64,000 bases of DNA from Epiperipatus broadwayi (lineage: Eukaryota > Animalia > Onychophora), in assembly GCA_028023455.1 (NCBI GenBank), contig JAQFVV010000006.1:15252001-15316000 (forward strand), written 5' to 3'. A program made the translations under genes and the position numbers. The notes under the pieces were generated by a model, which saw nothing but the letters and a program-made list of their open reading frames with translations, searched no databases and had not been told where the DNA came from. Every line of letters begins with the position of its first letter. Within the stretch, counting starts at the first letter, position 1. This document shows, one piece after another, positions 1-10,100 of this stretch.

Positions 1-614
1 ATTAGCGTTCATTAGGCTTTTGTTTGTATAACGTTTTCTAACTTAGTTTGACAATGTAATCAATATAACTCGAGTTTATTCAACTAGAAAATGTATTTAA
101 AATTATTTTTGAGAGTACTTTTTCGTAATATTAGCGATGTGAGACAATAAGTTCTAATACTTAAAAAATAAATTACCTGAAAGCAGCTTACGTCTATTCT
201 TAAACATCGAATATTACAACCCTGAAATGACCCTTTATATTCTAAGTTTTTCTTTTTTAAAAGTAGCTATACCAAAAACTTTAACAATTTCTGAAGTTTG
301 GAACTTTATTATTAAATAGGGAAATTTTTTATCTGGAATATATATTGCGTCTTATATATTCGGTTACATACATTACTTCAGGATTTTCTCGCTGCCGAAT
401 ATTTCAAACAAAAAATGTCTTATCTTTTTATTTCTATCCATAACATCCTCTTCTGATAAACCATTTCTCTCCATGAAGATCTTAAGGTTATCTTTTGATT
501 TTTTTTGTTAATGTACATACAATTCTGCACCTTAATGATACATCTGTGGTTTGTAGACATCTATGTCTACTTAAGCACTTACTCCAACTGTAAGGTTTTA
601 AAATCAATAAGACA

Positions 615-1270
615 CCATTTTCAACCATTATCGATCCACTGCAGGATCGAACGTCTTTTCAAGTTCACTTCATCTCCGATCTCTAGCCCCTCTTCTCTAC
701 ATCATCCCAGAACACTTCCTTATTTCATCCATCTCATTTGTGGTCACTTTGTAGATCTTTTACAATCTCTTGGAATCCAGTTTAAGAGTTCGACTGTTCA
801 TCTATTAACATCTTTTCTAGCCCAACCCCACTTCAGTCTCTAATGATGTCAGAAATATCTGCTTGTTCTCGCGCATGTATTTTGTTTTCTCTCTCTTCTT
901 GTTACTCCTAGCATCCATTTCCCCACACTTTGTTGAGTGGTCTGAAGTCTCTAATATTGCTCTTCTATTAAGTGTCCAAATCTCGGATCCATAAATAAGA
1001 ACTGGTAGAACACATTTATTAAAAACCTTTTCAAACACAGTTATATTTCATTTTAATATTAAGCTATTTCTACCAAAAGAGCTCCAACCAAATTTAATTC
1101 TATGCTTAATTTCATCCACTATGTAGTAATAATCTACCATGTATTTGTAGTTGTTAACTTCTTCTAACTCATCATTATCAATCTTTATTTTTTTTTTTTT
1201 TTTTTTAGAAAATCCATTGAACATTATTTTAGTCTTTTGAACATCACATGACCCTATTTGACACTCCAGA
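615..1270 (-). mobile_element. RTE-clade LINE, 5'-truncated 3' fragment (RT C-terminus and 3' UTR)
   Basis: ORFs 1048-1275 (KTKIMFNGFS..IKIDNDELEEVNNYKY..EIKHRIKFGWSSFGRN) and 817-1038 (KVFNKCVLPVLIYGSEIWTL) match the RTE RT tail. Same family as 43820-46185, with a similar 3' UTR. Confidence 0.85.
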
Positions 1271-1425
1271 AGCACTGCTCCTAGATTTAAAGCTCCTCAC
1301 TGATGAAAACTGTAAGCTAGAAACTAATCTGGGGATAGTGTGTGGACATCATTGCATAGTAATTTATTTAGCAGTTCCATCTGGTATTTATTGATTACTA
1401 AATCTTACACTAGGTGGCATAATAG
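1270..1425 (+). repeat. Degenerate dispersed fragment of retrozyme-like family A, with decayed hammerhead
   Basis: GCTCCTCACTGATGAAAACTGTAAGCTAGAAACTAATCTGGGGATA aligns with the unit in 4425-6833; downstream TTGATTACT..GGTGGCA also aligns. Confidence 0.6.
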
Positions 1426-1548
1426 CAGTAATAAAAAAAATATTTAAGATTTACTTAGTTCTGCTAAAACTTTGAGTCATGTTGCTTAGGAAGTGAAGAT
1501 GAATAATTGTAATTTGAAAAGAAAGTATTTTTTAAGTAATGGAAAAAC

Positions 1549-2924
1549 AGTTGTCGTCGATGAGCAGCCATATCCCACTGGATGGCGCTGTTTTCGCACT
1601 AAAACACATAAAAATGCTGCTTCCGCGGCCGACACGTTCGAACCCGCGTTTTCTATAATAAAACTATTTTTGTTGTACTACAGATTGCAGGTCGCGTTGC
1701 AGTACAGCATGTATGTTTTACGCAGCAAATACATTTACCCAATTCACACAGTTTATAAAATTGTTACGGCTTGGGGAGAGGGTGTGTTTTTTTGAATTGG
1801 ATGGAAATGTTATTTTCATTGGTTTTTTTTTTTACTTTAAAGTATTGAAATGTTCAGATTTTGTAAAGTACTAATTAACAGACTTTTTACATTGTAGTGT
1901 TTTGAAGTTTTAAGTAGTAAATGTTGACGAGATATATGTATAAAGTGAATTGGAATTAGGTAATGCGTCAAGTAACGTACTGTTCATAATATTTCCACGA
2001 GACATTTTAAGATTGTATCGTGTGTATATTTTTGAAATAAAAAAGAGCGTTAACACAAAAATATCCAGAAGGAAAAGTACAATTGTACACTGTTTTTTTT
2101 TAAATGTCATAAAAAGCATATATTATAAACATTTTATATATACATTTGTTGTTGTTTAAAAAAGTTTTAGTTTCTTTCTTTTCTCTGACTACCATTATAC
2201 TTTGTTGAATATAGTTTACGTTTATTGTTATCATTTATTTTATAGATGTTAGTAAAAAAAAATATTTACAAAAATACAATTTTGATATTTTTTATTTTAG
2301 CATTACAAACAACAGAACACTAACCGTAAACCTAACCCTAAAACTAACCCTAAACTAACCCTAAAACTAACCCTAAACCATTCGATTTAAAATAAAAAAT
2401 AGTGGTAAACAACAACAACAAAAAAAGCCGTAACCCCAGTAAAAAAATCTCCGATAGAAAATTGATTTTTCTAATGAAAAGCAAACTAAAAAAGACGAAT
2501 CAAATTGTAATTTGTTTCCTAAAACTAACCCTAAACCTACCATAACAACTTTTACTTTTAGTTGTCATTCAATTTGAAATAAAAAATAGCGGTAAACAAC
2601 AACAACAAAAAAAGCAGTAACCCCAGTAAAAAAATCTCTGATAGAAAATTGATTTTTCTAATGAAAAGCAAACTAAAAAAGACGAATCAAATTGTAATTT
2701 GTTTATTTTATTTTACATTTATTATTATCATTTAATTTGTATACGTTAATAAAAGAATAATATTTGAAATTAAATAAGATTTAAAAAAGACGATTTTCTT
2801 TTGTTTTAATTTTCACATTACAAAAAACACATCAAAATTAACGGCCCAGGAATGATCATATTTTATAGTTTAAGCGTGAAAAGTGTGCCATCGAGTGGGA
2901 TATAGTAGTTATTTGACGACAACT
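1549..2924. mobile_element. Non-autonomous TIR DNA transposon (superfamily unassigned), 8-bp TSD
   Basis: ~58 bp imperfect TIRs starting AGTTGTCGTC and ending GACGACAACT, with shared TATCCCACT(G/C)GATGGC. Exact direct repeat GGAAAAAC at 1541-1548 and 2925-2932. No transposase ORF. Confidence 0.85.
2321..2705 (+). repeat. Telomere-like (CCCTAA/CTAA) repeats and a 187-bp tandem duplication inside the TIR element
   Basis: cctaaccctaaaactaaccctaaactaaccctaaaactaaccctaaacc at ~2331-2379. The block gtaaacaacaacaac..aattgtaatttgttt recurs at 2405 and 2592. Confidence 0.85.
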
Positions 2925-3536
2925 GGAAAAACTCCAAAGAATATATATATATATAAGTGTGAAATACAAATGTAGACATGAGATGCGTATATTTTATATT
3001 TTAATAAAAATAATAATAATAATTACGAGTTTTTATATATAGGTAGAAAGGAATATATATATATATGCATATGTGTGTGAACACAATATTTGTATAAATA
3101 ATTGATATGTATGAATATGATATAACTAATATAATACAGTAATGAATTACAGTTCTGAAAAAGAATGTCAGACATTTAAAAGTAAGAAAATACCAGTAAA
3201 AGCATTGTTAATTTAAAAATGCATAACTACACACAAAAGCAATATATAAATGAGTGATTGTTTAATAGAACATCAAGCTTGTCTGAAGTCTTTCATCTCA
3301 AAAGTTTTGCCTAAGATCTGTGGATTGATTTCAATAGGTTATGTGGCCAGATCTCACTTGACAGTTTAGAAAAATACTACAGAGCACAGTTCCTCTGTCA
3401 CCTTAAGCGCATAACACCAAGTCCTCACCCAAACCTTTTATGGTGGACTTTATGGGGAAAATATTTTTAACACTTCTTTTCATACAATATATATATATAT
3501 GTTAATTCTAATATTTTCACGGATAAAAGATGTCAT

Positions 3537-3720
3537 ATTATTATTATTATTATTTGCTGGATATTCCGTGTAGTGAAATAGCTAAATGCTGACATTTCAG
3601 TACAATATCAAGTACCTTCTTCAGAGCATCCTCTTTCTCAAATAAGAATGCATGTGATATTTAAAAACGTTTTTATCGGTTTCTTTCTCCTCATATTTAA
3701 ATTCTATTGGTTGAGAAGTT
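3537..3720 (-). mobile_element. Penelope-like pseudo-LTR remnant
   Basis: The minus strand shows a CCAAT box, then a hammerhead motif, then an (ATA)n tail, the usual layout of a PLE 3' end. No ORF recognised. Confidence 0.5.
3586..3629 (-). ncRNA. Minimal type I hammerhead ribozyme motif (PLE-type), one helix III mutation
   Basis: ATGCT-CTGAAGA-A-GGTAC-ttgatatt-GTACT-GAAA-T-GTC-AGCAT: 5-bp helix I, 5-bp helix II, GUC site. GAAATGTC is probably CpG-decayed GAAACGTC. Confidence 0.65.
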
Positions 3721-4604
3721 TTAAATTAAAATTGGATAAAATTAGAAAAGAATGACACTAAACATAGAATTTAAAATTCCTCTGTTTAACACATTATATA
3801 AAATCATGATTTTTTTGCAAAACTTCTTAGAATAGATGTATACTTCTAAATTCTATTGCTGAAAGCAGATTATTTATTAACAAAGAAAAGAAAAATTGAA
3901 AGAATATAATAACGAAGTGTGTTATGAATACTTTCGAATTATTTTTTCAAAAGACAAAAAAAAAATGCTGAAACATCTGTTAACTACGTAAACACTCTAG
4001 AACAAGAATTTTCAAACTTTTTTCGGGCACAGATCTTTTTATCAAAAACTTTTAAAAACACTGAACCCCTAGTCATTTACTTTACTTACTCAAATTAAGA
4101 AATTTTTTTGCTGGTCTGGTTGAATTTTGGATTTGGGGTAATTTTAATTAAATATTTCATTAGATTTCAAACCTTTCATTTTAATCACTTTTAATTAATT
4201 ATTGAAAAAGATAAAACAACTACAGAATATGGCATTATTTTGTGCAACATTTAATATTTAACCTGCACTAATGAAAATTAAAGCAAAAAATATGAGTAGA
4301 GGTTTTTTTTTTTTTAATTTTTGACATTTATGAAATAAATATGTAAATTCAAAATAAGTACAGATATTGAAATCACTGTATTAAACATAAAAATAAAGTG
4401 AAAAAATCAACACATTCAGGCAGACAACAACAAGGTAAAAAACATTAAGCATCACATGATAACATTTCCTATACTAGCACATTAATTGTTGATAAACAGA
4501 GCAAAACTCTCCATACAGTATTGGCACCTGTGCTAAACAGAGTAATCAAAGGATGCCAGAAGGCTTGTGCATAAAATCCCTATCTAATGCCTACTCATCC
4601 AATA

Positions 4605-4646
4605 TCCCCAGACTAGTTTCTGACTTGTGGCCTTCGTCAGTGAGGA
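4605..4646 (-). ncRNA. Type I hammerhead ribozyme motif, family A
   Basis: TCCTCA-CTGACGA-A-GGC-cacaa-GTC-A-GAAA-CTAGTC-TGGGGA; core intact, G.U in helix II. Confidence 0.7.
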
Positions 4647-5335
4647 GCTTTGGATCTGAGAGCACTGCATCCAGATCTTAGGATCTAATGCAACCCTCTA
4701 GTAACCACCTTTTATCTCTACTTAACTACAAAACTATGAGAATGAAATTTGGAAATACAAAAAATATTTTCAATCTAAGCTCAATAGCTTATATAGTCAT
4801 ATGGGTCTGAACTCAGTTCAGCACCCATACATTTTGGTGTCTTTGGCTCTTTTACAACCATAGCCACCACTATCCTATTAGGCAGGATTGGTGTTAAACC
4901 ATTAAGCATCACATGATCACATTTTCTATACTAGCACATGAATTGTTGATAAACAGAGCAAAACTCTCCATACAGTATTGCCACATGCTAAACAGAGTAA
5001 TCAATGGATGCCAGAAGGCTTGTGCATAAAATCCCTATCTAATGCCTACTCACCCAATATCCCCAGATTAGTTTCTGTCTTGTGGCCTTTGTCAGTGAGG
5101 AGCTTTGGATCTGAGAGCATTGCATCTAGATCTTAGGATCTAATGCAACCCTCTAGCAAACACCTTTTATCTCTACTTAACTACAAAACTATGAGAATGA
5201 AATTGAAAACACATATAAATTTTTTGTGTTTTCAATTTCATTCTCATAGTTTTGTAGTTAAATAGAGATAGAAGGTGGTTGTAGAGGGTTGCATTAGATC
5301 CTAAGATCTAGATGCAGTGCTCTCAGATCCAAAGC

Positions 5336-5377
5336 TCCTCACTGACGAAGGCCACAAGCCAGAAACTAGTCTGGGGA
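5336..5377 (+). ncRNA. Type I hammerhead ribozyme motif, family A
   Basis: TCCTCA-CTGACGA-A-GGC-cacaa-GCC-A-GAAA-CTAGTC-TGGGGA: 6-bp helix I, palindromic helix III ACTAGT, predicted GUC cleavage after 5371. Confidence 0.75.
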
Positions 5378-5792
5378 TATTGGATGAGTAGGCATTAGAT
5401 AGGGATTTTATGCACAAGCCTTCTGGCATCCATTGATTACTCTGTTTAGCACAGGTGGCAATACTGTATGGAGAGTTTTGCTCTGTTTATCAACAATTAA
5501 TGTGCTAGTATAGGAAATGTGATCATGTGATACTTAATGGTTTAACACCAATCCTGCCCAATAGGATAGTGGTGGCTATGGTTGTAAAAGAGCCAAAGAC
5601 ACCAAAATGTATGGGTGCTGAACTGAGTTCAGACCCATATGACTATATAAGCTATTGAGCTTAGATTGAAAATATGATTTTTCGTTTTCAATTTCATCCT
5701 CATAGTTTTGTAGTTAAGTAGAGATAAAAGGTGGTTGCTAGAGGGTTGCATTAGATCCTAAGATCTAGATGCAGTGCTCTCAGATCCAAAGC

Positions 5793-5834
5793 TCCTCACT
5801 GATGAAGGCCACAAGCCAGAAACTAGTCTGGGGA
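5793..5834 (+). ncRNA. Type I hammerhead ribozyme motif, family A
   Basis: Same fold with CTGATGA core; predicted cleavage after 5828, 457 nt from the previous site. Confidence 0.75.
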
Positions 5835-6931
5835 TATTGGATGAGTAGGCATTAGATAGGGATTTTATGCACAAGCCTTCTGGCATCCATTGATTACTCT
5901 GTTTAGCACAGGTGGCAATACTGTATGGAGAGTTTTGCTCTGTTTATCAACAATTAATGTGCTAGTATAGGAAATGTGATCATGTGATGCTTAATGGTTT
6001 AACACCATTCCTGCCTAATAGGATAGTGGTGGCTATGGTTGTAAAAGAGCCAAAGAAACCAAAATGTATGGGTGCTGAACTGAGTTCAGACCCATATGAC
6101 TATATAATCTATTGAGCTTAGATTGAAAATATTTTTTTTCGTTTTCAATTTCATTCTCATAGTTTTGTAGTTAAGTAGAGATAAAAGGTGGTTGCTAGAG
6201 GGTTGCATTAGATCCTAAGATCTAGATGCAGTGCTTTCAGATCCAAAGTTCCTCACTGATGAAGGCCACAAAGCAAGAAACTAGTCTGGGGATATTGGAT
6301 GAGTAGGCATTAGATGGGGATTTTATGCACAAGCCTTCTGGAATCCATTGATTACTCTGTTTAGCACAGGTGGCAATACTGTATGAGAGTTTTGCTCTGT
6401 TTATCAACAAGGTAAAACTCTCCATACAGTAGTGGTACCCTTTGCCAACCTGAGTAATCAGTGGATGCCAGAAGGCTTGTGCATAAAATCCCTATCTAGT
6501 ACCTTCTCATCCAATATCCTCAAACTAGTTTATGGCTTGTGGCCTTTGTCAGTGAGAAGCCTTGGATTTAAGAGCATTGCACTTAGATCTTAGGATCTAA
6601 TGCAACTCTTCAGCAGCCACCTTTTATCTCTACATAACTGCAAAACTATGAGAATAAAATTGAAAACAAATATTTTCAATCTAAGCTCAATAGCTTGGGA
6701 ATATTGGATGAGTAGGCACTAGATAGGGATGTTATGCACAAGCCTTCTGGCATCCATTGATTAATCTGGTTGGCACAGGGTGACACTACTATATGGAGAG
6801 TTTTGCCTTGTTTAATAACAATTATGTGCTAGTATTCAGGCAGAATTAAACTTCAACAAAATTACAACAACTAAATATTTTAATTAGAATTATAAAAATA
6901 ATACAAAATAAATTAGCTTGGAAAACTGAAT

Positions 6932-8560
6932 TTAATGAAATGGGTGCACCTCGTGATCTGTCAACAATTTATCTATATCCTGTTTTAAATTAGTGAGTTG
7001 CATTCTCAAATCTCCATGTTTCACTGATATGCAATTTATATCTGTTCTGAAGCAGGTTTAAAACTACTGAAGCCTCTCTCTGCCAGATATGATGATGCAA
7101 ATGCCAGCAAATACATTTGTACAACAATTCATAGAGCCAGGTACAGAAGTGGAATATCTTGTTGCAGTCAAAACTTTTGATAACCCTGTTTGAATTGTAA
7201 CTTGACATCCTCATTCATGCTGATAGTTTTAAGCTCATTTTGCAAAATTATATTTGGTTCTGCACTAGTAGGGTATGGATTTATTATCCAGTCTTAAGAT
7301 TTCCAATGATAGAATATCTTTGAACCTAGTTTTGAAATCTAAGTGAAGAGACTCCAAGTGGTTGACTGACAGCAAAATATTTTCTACTTGGTTAGTTTGG
7401 GAACTGGGAAAGCTCAGATCTTGCAATATTTTACTTAAAAAAACATTAATCTGGCAACAAAAGCCAATATAACCAATTTTGCTTTGATGAGATTCAAATT
7501 GTCTCTCTTTTTTTTTTTAAAGTGTCATAGCATCAACCGGGATGCAAACCTGCAACACAGGCAACTGCCTGCAAGTGCAAGGCAGTCGCGCTGACCTCTT
7601 GACCACCAATGCTAGACAAAATTGTCTCCTTGCAGTTGTAAATTAACATCATTAAATTGTTCAAATAAATTGAATAAATAAGCAATATCTGTTTTACTCT
7701 TAAGTAAATTTTCTTTCAAATTGGAATCTTTGTCTCCCAAAACCTCTAAAACAGATTGAAAAAGTGCAAAAAATCTCACCAAACATAAACCTTTTGAAAG
7801 CCAGAAGACTTTGGTATGGAGAACCAATCGACAGAAATCTTTATCGCTTTTCTTCACATAATAGAGCGAATAGTTTAGTGTTCAAAGCATTACTTCGAAT
7901 TTTGTTCACAGCTGTTATAACAAACTGAAGTGATTGATGCAATGTGTCACTAAGGTTTTTGGGTACTAAATGTTGCCTATGGATTATGCAGTGAACTGCA
8001 AATATTTCAGGTACGTGTTGTTTTGGGTAACATATAAAACCACAATAATGATCAACTATAGCTGATGCTTCATCTGTTGCAATTGTTCAAAGTTCATATC
8101 ACATTTGTCACATCATACGAATCAATTTATAATGTTTTATGAAAGCATGTCCGTACAAGATTGACAGATTCTGTTAATATTGTATTATACCACCACAAGC
8201 AAGTGCGGACATGCAATGTTTTTTCATGTCCACACTTGTTTTGATACATTCGATAAGACACTGCACAGACATGTTTGTGCTAAATGTATTTTAATGCATT
8301 CTTACGTGATTTTTTTTAATGACACATTTTATCTTTTCATTTGCAAGTTTGGAATGTAATGTTTTTATCAATAAAGTATGTTTTTTTTTAATTAGTTTAT
8401 TTTTCAATTAGGTACCTATTGGAATCATAGATATTTTGAAGTAACAAACAAATAGCAGTAGTAAGGGTATCTATTTTTGCTGTCATCAACCCCCAAATTT
8501 TTTTATTGAAACTATCGACCCCTAGAAAGTTTAAATCGACCCCAGAGATACACATAGGGA
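6932..8560 (-). mobile_element. hAT (Buster/Charlie, SCAND3/ZBED-like) transposon relic with disrupted transposase
   Basis: Minus-strand translation gives ATDEAS..FAVHCIIHRQHLV, RLVLHTKVFWLSKGLCLVRF, VNLQLQGD-NLNLIKAK and a C-terminal dimerisation region (SSYLAERGFS..DKLLTDHEVHPFH*). A degenerate hAT-like end lies at ~8515-8557. Confidence 0.9.
7506..7618 (-). mobile_element. Short tRNA-derived SINE-like insertion with poly(A) tail
   Basis: Interrupts the hAT transposase. 10-bp TSD AAATTGTCTC (7496-7505, 7619-7628). Minus strand has A-box TGGTCAAGAGG, B-box GGTTTGCATCCC, an acceptor-like stem GCATTGG/TTGATGC and an A-tail. Confidence 0.65.
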
Positions 8561-9479
8561 ACTCTTGTTCTAGAAGAACATTTAATTTGAAAAAATTAAA
8601 AAAAAAACCTCTATATTTATATACGTTAACAAAAATTTAAAACTACTTACAAAATTAAGTTGTATTTTTCTCATGTTAATCGTTTTAAAGTTGTATCATC
8701 ACTGATTCCTTGAAATTAATTTTTTTTGTCTTTTTAAAATTGCGGGAAAACCAAAAGGATGATGCATTAACAAATGGCATAATTCTTTGCAGCTTGAGTT
8801 CCTTTTTAATATGGCATGTTAAAATTGGATAAAATTTCGATTTTTCATTAATATTTTTATTAATCAGTTCATTTAATTTTTTTTTCAGCTTACTTTACCA
8901 GAATGCAAGAAAACAAAGGCACAATACTGATAGCAGACGTACTTATTAATAAAATGGATTCAATATTCCTCGATGATTTATAATTTCAAGGCCTTCATCC
9001 TGAAAATAAACTTAAGTATTCAATTTTAATTATATTATTTGAATATTATTATTTAATTTTTTTTTTATTTGATAAATGTATAATTTATTAATGTGTTTAC
9101 ATTTGTATTAGTGTGTCTGTGTAGTATATAAATTATATTTGTATTCAAATATAATGAAAGTACTGATTTATGTACAATGTAATTTTGGTGCTTGGATCAA
9201 AGTTTGAGGCAACCTTATTTTATAGATATAGTGATTTTCAAATGGTTTAATAATTTATTAGTGTGTTTATATTTGTATTAGTGTGTTTGCACTTGCATGT
9301 CTGTGTTTGTATAACAAATAATTATATATATATATATATATATATATAATTAGTTTCCAACCAGTAACCATCTAAACATTCACAGTAAATATAGCAACCA
9401 ATATTTATAACTGATGTCAAGGCAACCTTCACACCTTTTAATAGCAAGAATGGAAATATATATATATATATAAAGGTAT

Positions 9480-10100
9480 TATAGAGCAGTGCAATGTAAA
9501 TTTTAAGACTGATTATCAGATGTATAGAAAGGTTGCAGTTGATAAAGCAATCACAAATTTTACTGGACATAGTACTATGTGAAAATATAAACTCTTAAAA
9601 CCAATAAAGAGAGATTTTAAGTGATATGTGTGATGATATCCACAATGGGTATGTATAGCACATGAAGTTGTATGCAGGCAAAAAATCAAATCCTGATTCT
9701 TGCCTATGCCTTGGTACTCATGCTGTGGAGTCAGTATTTTTTCCACATCTTGCATCACATTATTTTCAAGTCTATAACTAGCAAATGAAGTATATGCAAA
9801 TAAATTATATCTCGGGGACAATAGATATAACAAGATAGCATCACTGGTGTGCATAAAAATTATAAACATCACTGATAAGCACAAAAAGTATAAAATGAAA
9901 AGACGAAATTCATTTTATCATTGATACAGACAGTAGATTACAATTTCTAGTTTTAGATAGACAAGAAGCCAATTGCTATGGTGAAAAATGCATATCTACT
10001 TTCTGGAAATAATTTATTTTGTATTTTTTATTAGGATGAATCGTTTTCTTATAGATGCCTTGGGATTTTTTAGCTTTTGGAGTGTAAGATAAAAATGAAG
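9480..10100 (+). pseudogene. piggyBac (PGBD-like) transposase relic
   Basis: VDKAITNFTGHSTM*KYKLLKPIKRDFK matches the IDEAMxxFxGRSxxKQYxPxKPIKRGFK motif, followed by LGTHAVE and later FLIDA-like segments. Many stops and frameshifts. Confidence 0.8.

Larger units (their letters stand above)
4425..6833. mobile_element. Retrozyme-like family A: multimeric insertion of a 457-bp hammerhead-bearing unit, tandem and inverted
   Basis: Core CTGA recurs at 5342, 5799 and 6256 (period 457). Orientation flips near 5218, 6410 and 6696. The whole array is bounded by the 11-bp direct repeat ATTCAGGCAGA (4414-4424, 6834-6844). No ORF. Confidence 0.9.

Noticed and set aside
2321-2380. Interstitial telomere or chromosome-fusion scar
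   Set aside because: The repeats are short, irregular and internal to a TSD-bounded transposon.
4425-6833. CRISPR-like or simple satellite interpretation of the arrays
   Set aside because: There is no repeat-spacer alternation, and a single TSD plus ribozyme motifs favour retrotransposition.
8899-9000. Possible minus-strand exon (DEGLEIINHRGILNPFY*) with a TTTTCAG acceptor
   Set aside because: No partner exons or recognisable homology; it lies among transposon relics.
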